Shown here piece after piece: positions 36,748 through 45,845 of a stretch of 64,000 nt of DNA (within the stretch, counting starts at the first letter, position 1; the number at the start of each line of letters is the position of its first letter). The notes under the pieces are model-generated. The model was not told the origin of the DNA and ran no database searches. It worked only from the letters and a program-made list of their open reading frames with translations. Source of the DNA: a virus. The stretch lies in the IMG/VR virus record IMGVR_UViG_3300008111_000005, positions 1 through 64,000 of that record; one strand, given 5' to 3'. A program made the translations under genes and the position numbers.

Positions 36748-38148
36748 TTATGCCTTCACCAAAGTAAAACGTTCCCGTGGGGTCCAATTATCCCACGCAT
36801 TTTCCATATGTTCGATAAATAATTCACACATACGTTCTGCCGTAAATTGTCCAGCTCCAAGTGCGTATTGACGACCCAACTCACCACGGCGTTTACGTTC
36901 CTCACGCGACATCTTATACACTTCCATTATCTTCTCCGCTGCTTCTTCCCACGAACAACGGTCATCAAAAATGTACGGGGTCAACGGAGAACCTTGTAAA
37001 GAACGACTTACTGGAAATAATGGGAATGCCCATTCACCGTGATTCTTGAAACGTCCATCGTGATTACTACCCCAATCATAATTGAAATCACGTTCAGGGT
37101 CAAGGTACTCACCTTCATCATTTGTGAATCCACACTGGTCTTGCAATCCACCCGTGACATTAACAATGATTGGTGTACCAGCAACTAGACTTTCACACGT
37201 ACCCAAACCAAAACCTTCATTACTAGACATATTAATGGTAACGTCTGCGATGTTATACAGAATGTTGATATGCTTCGATTCGATGCGTTCGTTTGAGAAA
37301 ATAACATACTTTTCTAATTCTGGCATTACGTCACGAATCACCACAGGTAAGTCAGTACCGTGTTCATCAACGGGTTGTGTATGTAATACAAGACGGCACT
37401 TTGAACGTTCTTCTTCTGGTAGCTTTTTCATAAACGTGTTAAATGCCAACAGAATATCCGATGTCATCTTTCTACGAATATTTCTACTATTGTAGAACAC
37501 TACATATTTAACGTCTTGACCGTTAAACAATCGTTCACGAACTTCCAAGAGTTCTTTGTCATCTTCTGGTAGTGGATGGAACTTCTTTGTATCAATTCCA
37601 TGTGGAATGTAGGATAGTGACCACGGAGCACGTGGTTCCTTTCTTGATACGTGCTTTACGATATTGTAGGTTTGTTTACTAATACATCCAATCCAATCAT
37701 CGGAACGATAATAATTTTCATTATAGAATGGATACGGAAGGTCATCCCAAATAGCGTAGAAGAACATAGGAATCTTTTGACGAATCTCATGCTCAATCTG
37801 ATATAACCAAATCCAATATCTTGGGTCTGTGAAATGGAGAATAGCATCTGGCTTTTCTAATTCTATTAACTGACGAATCAATCTACTGTCACCGTATCCA
37901 TTATAGGGAACAATCTTAACACTAGCGTCAGTCAATCCAACTTCATTATTAATTGCGTCGGACATATCAATCATTTTACCGGCCTCAGGATGAGAAACCG
38001 CTGCACCTACCTGTACCCAATTAAATCTATGCGAAGTTCCTTCAATTATTTCACGGGACATAACACCAACACCTGATGTTACTCGCATATCGTCTGAGAG
38101 GAATAAAATCTTCTTACGTTGTTCTTTTGGAATATAACCGTGTTTCAT
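36748..38148 (-). CDS. Glycosyltransferase family 4 (GT-B)
   Basis: SGVG, IPHGID, RNIRRK, NEGFGL..ES, TGGLQDQ. Confidence 0.88.
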   Translation of the reverse strand: MKHGYIPKEQRKKILFLSDDMRVTSGVGVMSREIIEGTSHRFNWVQVGAAVSHPEAGKMIDMSDAINNEVGLTDASVKIVPYNGYGDSRLIRQLIELEKPDAILHFTDPRYWIWLYQIEHEIRQKIPMFFYAIWDDLPYPFYNENYYRSDDWIGCISKQTYNIVKHVSRKEPRAPWSLSYIPHGIDTKKFHPLPEDDKELLEVRERLFNGQDVKYVVFYNSRNIRRKMTSDILLAFNTFMKKLPEEERSKCRLVLHTQPVDEHGTDLPVVIRDVMPELEKYVIFSNERIESKHINILYNIADVTINMSSNEGFGLGTCESLVAGTPIIVNVTGGLQDQCGFTNDEGEYLDPERDFNYDWGSNHDGRFKNHGEWAFPLFPVSRSLQGSPLTPYIFDDRCSWEEAAEKIMEVYKMSREERKRRGELGRQYALGAGQFTAERMCELFIEHMENAWDNWTPRERFTLVKA

Positions 38149-38172
38149 CTAAACTCCTATAATATTTTTATT

Positions 38173-39270
38173 TTAAAATGCTATAATTTCACTGCCACCA
38201 CCACCTCCACCGCCACCACCACTATCTCCGTGTTGTATGTAGGTATCTGTGTGTGGAATTATTTCCGTATCGGAATGAGGAATGTCTGAGTGTGGTACAT
38301 ATGTGTCATTATGAACTGGTGTATCCGTATGCTGTGTGTCGGTGTGTTGCACCTGTGTATCATTATGCACCGTATCGTTGTGTGATGTATCTGCGTGTGT
38401 TGTGTCGTTGTGTGTGGTATCCGCGTGTTGAACAACAACGGTATCTAAATGCCCAGCTGCTCCATCAGCACCAGGCGTCCCTGCTGCACCGGCAGGTCCT
38501 GGTGGACCTGGTGGACCTGGGGTCATAGCCCTATCCAACGCTGCTTGTGCTGATTGTGCCGCTGCAGCTGCGGAAGCCGCTGCAGCTTGAGCCGTTGCAA
38601 GGGCTTGTTGTGCTAATGCACGTACAGGAGCAACTTGTGATTCTACGTACGCTACAATTCTACGCCAATACGGACCATCAAGATATTCATAAATTGGTGT
38701 ACCGACATCTTCTGCAAATATTCTGTTACCTTTTTTTGCCGTAGAATCTTCACGGGTACGTTGTGCTTGTGGAACGAATTTCGCATTTAAATGCGTTTCA
38801 ATCATATCATTCAATTCGTTATTTGTTCTGAATAATTGACCCGTTGCCTGTGTTAACGTAGGTGTTTGTGGTGGTGTAACCGTTACCGGAGTAGTATCCG
38901 TTACGGGTTGTGGTATTTCTTGTGCAGGTGTAAACGATTGTGGTGGATAGAAATTGGCACCAATACCCTTGTCAGGCAACAATCGTAGGTATACACCACC
39001 TGGAGCGATTTCATCATAATCACCAGTGAACAATCCACTTCTGTATGCATTGAATAGTTCCTCTGCATCAACATAGTCTGGATTAATGAACACCCAACCA
39101 CCCGAAGTTGTTGCGGTACTTAATACGTTGGCTGGTAAATTATTTAATTTACGAGTTTCCTCTGCACGTTCTGGTGTAATTACTATACGGCTGTATTTGC
39201 CAGAATTAAATTCGGCTACATCCCCGGCTCCAGCCGCAAAATATATATCTTGTTTTGTTGGTATAGCCAT
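38173..39270 (-). CDS. Collagen-repeat protein with C-terminal His-x-Asp repeat tail
   Basis: Ala-rich coil, GPPGPPGPAGAAGTPGADGAAG, 13 HxD motifs, poly-Gly end. Confidence 0.8.
   Translation of the reverse strand: MAIPTKQDIYFAAGAGDVAEFNSGKYSRIVITPERAEETRKLNNLPANVLSTATTSGGWVFINPDYVDAEELFNAYRSGLFTGDYDEIAPGGVYLRLLPDKGIGANFYPPQSFTPAQEIPQPVTDTTPVTVTPPQTPTLTQATGQLFRTNNELNDMIETHLNAKFVPQAQRTREDSTAKKGNRIFAEDVGTPIYEYLDGPYWRRIVAYVESQVAPVRALAQQALATAQAAAASAAAAAQSAQAALDRAMTPGPPGPPGPAGAAGTPGADGAAGHLDTVVVQHADTTHNDTTHADTSHNDTVHNDTQVQHTDTQHTDTPVHNDTYVPHSDIPHSDTEIIPHTDTYIQHGDSGGGGGGGGGSEIIAF
38224..38451 (-). repeat. Coding H-x-D repeat array (13 units)
   Basis: HLD, HAD, HND, HAD, HND, HND, HTD, HTD, HND, HSD, HSD, HTD, HGD. 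Confidence 0.9.
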
Positions 39271-39279
39271 ATAATTCTC

Positions 39280-39444
39280 TTATAAAGTGATACTACCGGA
39301 CATACTAGAAGAAATAAAATTAGACCATAACTTTTCTGTAATGGTACTTGCAACAAACCCGTTAAGTTTACAAAACTCACGAATGTGTTGATTTATTTCT
39401 TTCGTAATTTGCACGGTAGTATATGAATATTTATCTTTTCTCAT
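39280..39444 (-). CDS. Small protein, possible ribbon-helix-helix (54 aa, not in ORF track)
   Basis: MRKDKYSYTTVQITKEINQHIREFCKLNG...; ACTATTTATA upstream. Confidence 0.5.
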   Translation of the reverse strand: MRKDKYSYTTVQITKEINQHIREFCKLNGFVASTITEKLWSNFISSSMSGSITL

Positions 39445-39479
39445 GTTTGACCTTTTCTATAACCTTCTATAAATAGTGG

Positions 39480-40157
39480 TCAAACTGCCAAAAGTTCGTT
39501 TATATCCAAAATTCTATATGTCATTCCCTTAACAACCCTATGCATATGTCCTGAATAAACCATAGGTGTTCCCAGTGCATGCCATAAAGTTTCAATCTGC
39601 TTCTGCGTCGGATCTTCCCAATCCAATCCCACATCAAATTGAAGTTTTGCGGAGTTATCAAAATGTTCTTCGATAACACTGTTGGGTGGGCAATGCGTAA
39701 TAAACATATCAATAGTCTTACCCTCTGCATTATTCAGCATACGAGTATATTGTTCATCACTGATAAGTTCGTTTTCATCCCAATGCATTCCGTCCGCCAA
39801 TCTCCACTTTTTGTCAATGGATGCTGCACCACCCATAAATGCGATGGTCCGACCATCCAACTCCATTACTGTTCCACGAGGAATATAATAGAATGGAATG
39901 TCTGGATATACTTGTGAGACTTCCGTGTAACTAATCCAACGGGTGCAATCATCGTGGTTACCATCAATAAAATACACGGGAACTGATGACCTATTCAATA
40001 CATTTTTAAATTGCTCTTCATTATCCATTCCATGTCCACGGAACAAACAAAAATCACCGACTTGAATAATGGCAGCGGCACCGACTTGTCCAGCTAAATC
40101 AATAGCTCTCTCCATTACTTTGTAATCACCGTGAATATCACCTAATAGTAAAATCAT
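39480..40157 (-). CDS. Calcineurin-like metallophosphoesterase
   Basis: GDIHG, VGDF, DGNHD, THCPP, GHMH. Confidence 0.9.
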   Translation of the reverse strand: MILLLGDIHGDYKVMERAIDLAGQVGAAAIIQVGDFCLFRGHGMDNEEQFKNVLNRSSVPVYFIDGNHDDCTRWISYTEVSQVYPDIPFYYIPRGTVMELDGRTIAFMGGAASIDKKWRLADGMHWDENELISDEQYTRMLNNAEGKTIDMFITHCPPNSVIEEHFDNSAKLQFDVGLDWEDPTQKQIETLWHALGTPMVYSGHMHRVVKGMTYRILDINELLAV

Positions 40158-40159
40158 AA

Positions 40160-40519
40160 TTACCGTCCGTATCTGTCTTTTATTCGTACCAAATCATCCA
40201 AATGATTTGTAGATGCTTCTAATACTTGCATATCTTCAAACGCTTCAACGGAATGAACTTGTGTTGGTGGGATATGAATTGAATCTCCTGGATTCATAAC
40301 ATATACTGCTGTCAACACGGGTACGTTTTCTTCCATTGTATAAAATTTAACAATACCTTTACCAGACAACACATACATAGTTTCGTCTTTGTGGTGATGA
40401 TATTGAATACTCAAAGATTCACCACCGCGAATATTTAAAATTTTTCCTACATAATGTTCCGTATGTGCCCAAATGGTTTCACTTCCCCAGGGTTTATTTA
40501 TAAACTTAACTTCATTCAT
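40160..40519 (-). CDS. Cupin (mannose-6-phosphate isomerase type II C-terminal-like)
   Basis: KPWG, SIQYHHHKDET, H, EAST. Confidence 0.8.
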   Translation of the reverse strand: MNEVKFINKPWGSETIWAHTEHYVGKILNIRGGESLSIQYHHHKDETMYVLSGKGIVKFYTMEENVPVLTAVYVMNPGDSIHIPPTQVHSVEAFEDMQVLEASTNHLDDLVRIKDRYGR

Positions 40520-40754
40520 CTTTGTTTAACTCATTTTCATAAAAGTAATTTACTACTGCATCATTAAATGCATCTTCGTCAAATGTCAGTCCCACCATCA
40601 AGGTTTTAAATGCCTCGAACACTTCATTTGAAGTACTATCCATAGGAATTTCAATACTGATTTTTCGATTGTAACTTGATGCCGTCAAAGTCAGTTCATT
40701 GTATTTATATTTTTCATACATCGGATTTAATATCTCCATTTCGGACGAGTTCAC
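40512..40754 (-). CDS. Hypothetical protein
   Basis: Operon packing. Confidence 0.5.
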   Translation of the reverse strand: MNSSEMEILNPMYEKYKYNELTLTASSYNRKISIEIPMDSTSNEVFEAFKTLMVGLTFDEDAFNDAVVNYFYENELNKDE

Positions 40755-40950
40755 TGAACAAATTCATCGTACTATTAAACTTCTGATTATATAGTGTACG
40801 CATCCCAAACAACATATTCAACAACTGGTCTTGATGTACTGGTGAAATATCACTGTCTGCAATATACTCAGAAATCGTATCCATATCATCCGTCACATTC
40901 CAACACTGCATAATTTTCTGTTCCAGTAGAAATCGGTCACGCTTTTCCAT
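40714..40950 (-). CDS. Hypothetical protein
   Basis: DRFLLEQKIMQCW..TDD motif; GGAG RBS. Confidence 0.6.
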   Translation of the reverse strand: MEKRDRFLLEQKIMQCWNVTDDMDTISEYIADSDISPVHQDQLLNMLFGMRTLYNQKFNSTMNLFSELVRNGDIKSDV

Positions 40951-41197
40951 TGTTTTTCTCCTTTGGTAGATACACGGTGCCACCACACTCTTCAATAAAA
41001 GTAATAAACTCTTCAAGACTTGCTCCTGCAAACAACGCTTTGTCAGGCCACTTCGTCAACCACATAATCTTATTCCACTGCCACATCTGCCGAATGAAAT
41101 TGAAACATCCATCGGTATCCTGCCACGGCCAGGTCTTAATCAGTTCCAATGCATGTTCCGTAGGATATCCTTCTTCGTCATCATATTGTATCCGCAA
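40937..41197 (-). CDS. Hypothetical protein
   Basis: DEEGYPTE motif; operon packing. Confidence 0.5.
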   Translation of the reverse strand: MRIQYDDEEGYPTEHALELIKTWPWQDTDGCFNFIRQMWQWNKIMWLTKWPDKALFAGASLEEFITFIEECGGTVYLPKEKNNGKA

Positions 41198-41576
41198 TTA
41201 GTTTTTTAAATTTGGTTGTTGACCAACCGTGGTCACGGTTAATCCAATAGACAGGACAAAATCCCTTACCAGTATAATTCTTGTCTTTATAATCTTCACC
41301 AAGAAATCTAATAGAAGGATTGTATAAAATCAATAGCCTCCACAAATCGTGTTCTGTATTATAAGGTACTATTTCATCAATATATCTAATACCTTGTAAT
41401 ATCTCTGTGCGTTCCTCTACCGATAAAATAGGCTTAATCTTTTCTGGTCGTTCAATAGTAGGGTCTGTATGAAGGAATACCATAAACTTATCACAGTTTG
41501 CCTTACACTCCTTGAACATCTTCATATAACCAGGATGTATGATGTCAAAGTTTCCGGCGATTACTCCCAACCTCAT
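41181..41576 (-). CDS. Cytidylyltransferase (TagD/RfaE-II-like)
   Basis: GNFDIIHPGY, KP, ER, GEDY, STT. Confidence 0.85.
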   Translation of the reverse strand: MRLGVIAGNFDIIHPGYMKMFKECKANCDKFMVFLHTDPTIERPEKIKPILSVEERTEILQGIRYIDEIVPYNTEHDLWRLLILYNPSIRFLGEDYKDKNYTGKGFCPVYWINRDHGWSTTKFKKLIADTI

Positions 41577-42184
41577 AGATACATCTCCTTGACATAATCC
41601 CATACGATAATATTCATTGCGGCACTGACGTTGAACGACCTGAGGACTCCGCGTTGCGGAATACTGACTTTATAAAAATGTTCGTTGTTCACCACTACTT
41701 CTGGAAGTCCGTGACTTTCACTTCCGAACACAAACAACGGACGGTCTACTTCCTCTTTGTAGAGTTGCTTAGTCCGATATGAACCAATCTCTCGACCACC
41801 GTGTTCACAGAGTATCACACTATTCCATTTCAGCAAATACTCCAATCGTTCGTTGATTTCGGTATCCGCGTGTATCGGGTCATCAAACGTATACTGGACG
41901 ATATTAATATATTTCTCAGCCCCTACTGTGGACCGCTTATCGAATTTCTTTCGTCCAAAGATATAGAAGTTCTCTGCACCCAATAGACACGCAGACCGAA
42001 TCATCATTCCGATATTGAGTTCACCCGTAATATTGATACATCCCACGGAGAACCTACGTTGTTCACTAAGCGTTATAGCAACATTCTGTTCATAGGTATT
42101 GGTCTTGTATTCATCTCGAACATTAAAGTGATTACTCGCGGTATCTGCGATAATTTTACTATAATTGACCATTGGATTATCCAT
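41573..42184 (-). CDS. SpoU/TrmH-family RNA methyltransferase
   Basis: NIGMMIRSA, FVFGSESHGLP, SIPQ, SFNVSAA. Confidence 0.88.
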   Translation of the reverse strand: MDNPMVNYSKIIADTASNHFNVRDEYKTNTYEQNVAITLSEQRRFSVGCINITGELNIGMMIRSACLLGAENFYIFGRKKFDKRSTVGAEKYINIVQYTFDDPIHADTEINERLEYLLKWNSVILCEHGGREIGSYRTKQLYKEEVDRPLFVFGSESHGLPEVVVNNEHFYKVSIPQRGVLRSFNVSAAMNIIVWDYVKEMYL

Positions 42185-43085
42185 TCAACACCTTTGCTTT
42201 TTTGATTTTGTAAAATGATTCAGAACAATACGTTTCCTTATCGTTATACACACAATACTTACAACTATCTTTACTTGGTGTCGCGGTAATCAAATCCGTA
42301 CGATAGTTTCCTTCACCATCAAAACACTCATTCAAGAACTTTTCAATATGTCCCCATGCACGGTTAACCGAAGGTTTTCCGTTAGACGGTTCGAAGGTGC
42401 TCACACGAGGAATGGGATATGGACTGTTCTCACTAATAATACGCTTGAGAATAATAAACTCCGTCCCAATCATTTCGAGTGGAGTATTAAACTTTTCAGA
42501 GATGAACTTCTTGTACAACAAAATCTGATTCAGTTTAATATGGTCACTCTTCTGTGCCTGCGTCCATCCAGACCGTGAGGTTTTCAAATCAATAATTGTA
42601 ACCTTGCCCGTCTTTTCATTCTTGGTAATGATATCCACATACCCAATAAAGGTCACACCAGGACGAACTTCCGTTTCAATAGGATATTCAATACCCGCAA
42701 GTACGGTGTCTTTTGACGGGAAAATCTTATTACGATGTTGCTGTACATACGACAGAATCTCACACCCTTGATTGTAAAACTCCATTAGGGTTTTCTTATC
42801 ACACAAGAATACTTTATTCCCGTTTGCATCAACCGTAGTGTTTTCTTGGAACAATGTAATGAACTTTGTTTTGAGGGGTTCACTGAGGTCCACACTCTTT
42901 GCAAGATTGTCCTTACCCGCATATACCGTAGTCTCCAACCATTCTTGGATAACTTCGTGCATGGCAGTACCGAACACGGTGTTAATTGATGCGTCATCAA
43001 ATCGGACACCATCAACGTACTTCAACTTCCACGAGAGTGGACAGTTTGCCCACAACGAATACTGCGAGTAGCTAATCTTATTCAT
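42177..43085 (-). CDS. PD-(D/E)xK RecB-like exonuclease
   Basis: SYSQ..CP, FGTAMHE, GYVD, IIDLKT, Q..Y, CKYC. Confidence 0.85.
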   Translation of the reverse strand: MNKISYSQYSLWANCPLSWKLKYVDGVRFDDASINTVFGTAMHEVIQEWLETTVYAGKDNLAKSVDLSEPLKTKFITLFQENTTVDANGNKVFLCDKKTLMEFYNQGCEILSYVQQHRNKIFPSKDTVLAGIEYPIETEVRPGVTFIGYVDIITKNEKTGKVTIIDLKTSRSGWTQAQKSDHIKLNQILLYKKFISEKFNTPLEMIGTEFIILKRIISENSPYPIPRVSTFEPSNGKPSVNRAWGHIEKFLNECFDGEGNYRTDLITATPSKDSCKYCVYNDKETYCSESFYKIKKAKVLNG

Positions 43086-43324
43086 TCGATACCATCCAAG
43101 AGTTTCTGCATAGTTTTCTGTTCACGTTTATCGTAAGAGTTTACGGGCGTTTTATTGTTTGTGTGGTCTAGTATAACTTGTACAGCATCCTTCACCACTT
43201 GTAAATCATTCACTCGAAATTCAAGTGGTCCATGTCCTTCTAACTCAATAAGGATACTCATTTTACCTGTGAACTTCAAGTTAAGTTCTTTTTCTGATTT
43301 AGTTTTCTTCTTCGGCATCGTCAT
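43082..43324 (-). CDS. Hypothetical protein
   Basis: Start near MTMPKKK; coupled to neighbours. Confidence 0.5.
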   Translation of the reverse strand: MTMPKKKTKSEKELNLKFTGKMSILIELEGHGPLEFRVNDLQVVKDAVQVILDHTNNKTPVNSYDKREQKTMQKLLDGIE

Positions 43325-43652
43325 TTCCGTGTGTAAGGTCACCAGGTTTTGCGTGTTCAACACACGATGTATAATACCAACCTTTACCTCGTACTTCACC
43401 AGGTTTGCCGCAGGTTTCACAAATTTTAACACTTTCATATCCCACTTCACGAATTACTTGATCAAGTTCATCATTACCATAATCTGTGTAGATACGAAGT
43501 CCTCCAAACTTTTCCTTGACCTGTACAATCTTTACCGTACCTTTAATAGATTCCAGTACATCGTATACACGATTAATTAGGCCAGCCCACCCAGCACCAA
43601 CACTTGCAAGTGCATCTTCTCTGGTATATCCTTTATATTTCACAAATGACAT
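43299..43652 (-). CDS. Conserved phage protein with QVKEKFGGLRIY motif and Zn ribbon
   Basis: GW, QVKEKFGGLR, CETCG, C..H. Confidence 0.7.
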   Translation of the reverse strand: MSFVKYKGYTREDALASVGAGWAGLINRVYDVLESIKGTVKIVQVKEKFGGLRIYTDYGNDELDQVIREVGYESVKICETCGKPGEVRGKGWYYTSCVEHAKPGDLTHGNDDAEEEN

Positions 43653-43679
43653 AGTTTCCTCGTGGGTAGATACATTTAA

Positions 43680-43715
43680 AATATAACAAAAAACCCACTC
43701 AAAGTCAAGTGGGTT
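43680..43715 (-). promoter_or_regulatory. sigma70 promoter overlapping a terminator hairpin
   Basis: TTGACT-17-TATATT; AACCCACT/AGTGGGTT stem plus T tract. Confidence 0.7.
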
Positions 43716-43906
43716 ATGCAATAATATCTATTTTTGAACCTATTGGAAATCTATTATATAACTCCTGTTCCAGTAATAATATATTATTATCTAAAAATTC
43801 TATGCTTGGTGGATTTTCAAAACCTTCGTATATTACGAAATCACCTTTACCAACACTTATGTGAAACATATTATTTTCTTGAAGTATAGAATACCAACAT
43901 CCAGTG

Positions 43907-44215
43907 TTAGTCGTTCCCTTTTTCTTCCCGTAATGTGTCATATAATCCCGTTAATTGTGATTCTTTGCTAAGTATGGCCAGTTTCCATCTTGCTTGGTCT
44001 TGGTTCCAATCACCAGTTAACCCAGGAAATAATTCCCAGAATAATCCAGAGGCAAGTAGTTCTGTGTATTCTTTATCAACATCATCATAACTTGCTGTGT
44101 GTGGGAGTCCACTATACTCACAGATGGGTGTACCGAAGGCACGTTCCCAGTTATTTGCGAATGTTTTTTGATCTACACTTAATGGTCTTGGGGAGTCACC
44201 TTTTCCATTACTCAT
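43907..44215 (-). CDS. Hypothetical protein
   Basis: GKGDSPRP..V....F..NWERAF motif. Confidence 0.6.
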   Translation of the reverse strand: MSNGKGDSPRPLSVDQKTFANNWERAFGTPICEYSGLPHTASYDDVDKEYTELLASGLFWELFPGLTGDWNQDQARWKLAILSKESQLTGLYDTLREEKGND

Positions 44216-44690
44216 AATAAAGTACCTCTACACCTGCTTCACTGAACATAATCATACTTCGTTTAATACTTTCTTCCCATATTGGGCCCTTTGCTCCATC
44301 TTGACTAAAATGCTCAATATAAATTTTCTTAATGCCGGCGTTTATAATTCCACGTGCACAATCTGCACACGGCATTCCACACGTAAGATACATTGTACAA
44401 CCTGTTGTAGATACACCAATTCGTGCTGCGTTGTATATCGCATTTCGTTCTGCGTGTTCAAACCAAAAATACTTCTCAGGACGTTCTTGCCGTTCAAGAA
44501 CATCATCGTTAATACCACGAGGAAACGAATTGTATCCAGTAGAAACAATTTCATTATCTTTACCAACAATCACCGCACCGATTTGTGTATACTTGTCTTT
44601 TGACTTTTGTTTTACATGCCCAGCAATTCCACGAAAATATCTGGCCCAACTCAGGTTAACCATTTTTATAATTTCCTCTGTTGTTGTCAT
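44208..44690 (-). CDS. dCMP deaminase
   Basis: TGYN, HAERNAI, PCADC. Confidence 0.92.
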   Translation of the reverse strand: MTTTEEIIKMVNLSWARYFRGIAGHVKQKSKDKYTQIGAVIVGKDNEIVSTGYNSFPRGINDDVLERQERPEKYFWFEHAERNAIYNAARIGVSTTGCTMYLTCGMPCADCARGIINAGIKKIYIEHFSQDGAKGPIWEESIKRSMIMFSEAGVEVLYYE

Positions 44691-45166
44691 AGTTTAGCCT
44701 TCTTGATTACTTTTTCTTCCGTTCCGTACATTTGACACAACTTTCGTAATTCTTCTTTGTTGTGCTTGTAGTAGATTTCGAGGTAGTCTGTAGCTTCTGC
44801 TGCGCTAATGTCATAATGTTTCCTAACCAAGTCAACCATCCACGACTCATATACCGACTCCTTTTTACTCTTAATGTACTTATTAAACTGTCGCCCTTTC
44901 GGAATAACTCGGCTGAAGAAGGCGTAGTGTATATCATTTGGTAATGTGTATTTCTGCATCTCGTTCACGAACGGAGATTGATGCGGATTCATACTCAGAA
45001 ATTTATTGACCATATACACACTGTATGATTTCTTATCAGCATCGGACAATGTATCAAAATAGTCTGGATTCTGCCCAACATAAATTTGCTCTATGTGGTC
45101 AAACAGTCCCTTCGTTTTCGATTGATTCGTTTCCTTCGTCTGTGCTTGTTTCTTCTTCGGTGGCAT
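44687..45166 (-). CDS. Clamp loader small subunit (T4 gp62-like)
   Basis: LFDH, YMVNKFLS, KYIK, Y.IS..EA.DY; near the clamp loader large subunit. Confidence 0.75.
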   Translation of the reverse strand: MPPKKKQAQTKETNQSKTKGLFDHIEQIYVGQNPDYFDTLSDADKKSYSVYMVNKFLSMNPHQSPFVNEMQKYTLPNDIHYAFFSRVIPKGRQFNKYIKSKKESVYESWMVDLVRKHYDISAAEATDYLEIYYKHNKEELRKLCQMYGTEEKVIKKAKL

Positions 45167-45845
45167 TGGTTAGCTCTCGTTTAATTTCTTCTATTACATC
45201 ACGAAGTTTGTGGGCTTCAATGAAGGGTGTATAATCAATATACGTTGGATTTGAAATTTTGTCAACATCTTCTTGTGTAAAATCAATCCCCAAACGTTCA
45301 TTTAACTCTGGTAGATATTCCGTAGATGGTTTCTGCATCATTTCGTGGTCAACCATACTAACGTGTAATCCAGACTTTAATAAATGTGGTTTAATTACAT
45401 CGTAATAATATAGAATAGTTTCCAAAATATACTTTAATAAACTTCTGTCAAGTGGAATATTTTCGGGTGTTTCCAATTGCTCAGTTAAAAACTCTACCAG
45501 TGCTGCGTGTTCACCATTACCATTTTCCTGTGCATACGACAATAGTAACCAACTTGCAGCTTGTTGCGTGATATCCAATCTTTCGGCCAAAACAATTCTA
45601 TCAAATGCATGCCACGGAAATGTCTGGTAATCTAATATATTTTTATAACTTGTCAATGTGGTACTGGTAATCTTAACAGAAAAATCATCCGTGTTCGTCA
45701 TCATGTCTAATTTTTCTTCCACGGATTTTACAATCGGACCTTCGGAAAACAATTCCGAATAATCTGTTAAATTAAACTTTGTAGAGAAAAGTGTTCCCAA
45801 CATACTTGAACACGTACGTGGGGTCGAAACAATAGCTACTCTCAT
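45099..45845 (-). CDS. Stf0-like sulfotransferase-fold protein
   Basis: STPRTCSS P-loop-like motif, ELF, LAERLDITQQAAS. Confidence 0.5.
   Translation of the reverse strand: MRVAIVSTPRTCSSMLGTLFSTKFNLTDYSELFSEGPIVKSVEEKLDMMTNTDDFSVKITSTTLTSYKNILDYQTFPWHAFDRIVLAERLDITQQAASWLLLSYAQENGNGEHAALVEFLTEQLETPENIPLDRSLLKYILETILYYYDVIKPHLLKSGLHVSMVDHEMMQKPSTEYLPELNERLGIDFTQEDVDKISNPTYIDYTPFIEAHKLRDVIEEIKRELTNATEEETSTDEGNESIENEGTV

Noticed and set aside
10851-39477. TATAAATA as T4 late promoters firing on the + strand
   Set aside because: No credible + strand genes follow; spacing fits minus-strand start codons instead
42177-43085. Cas4 / CRISPR locus
   Set aside because: No repeat-spacer array or other cas genes seen; stand-alone RecB-like nucleases are routine in phages
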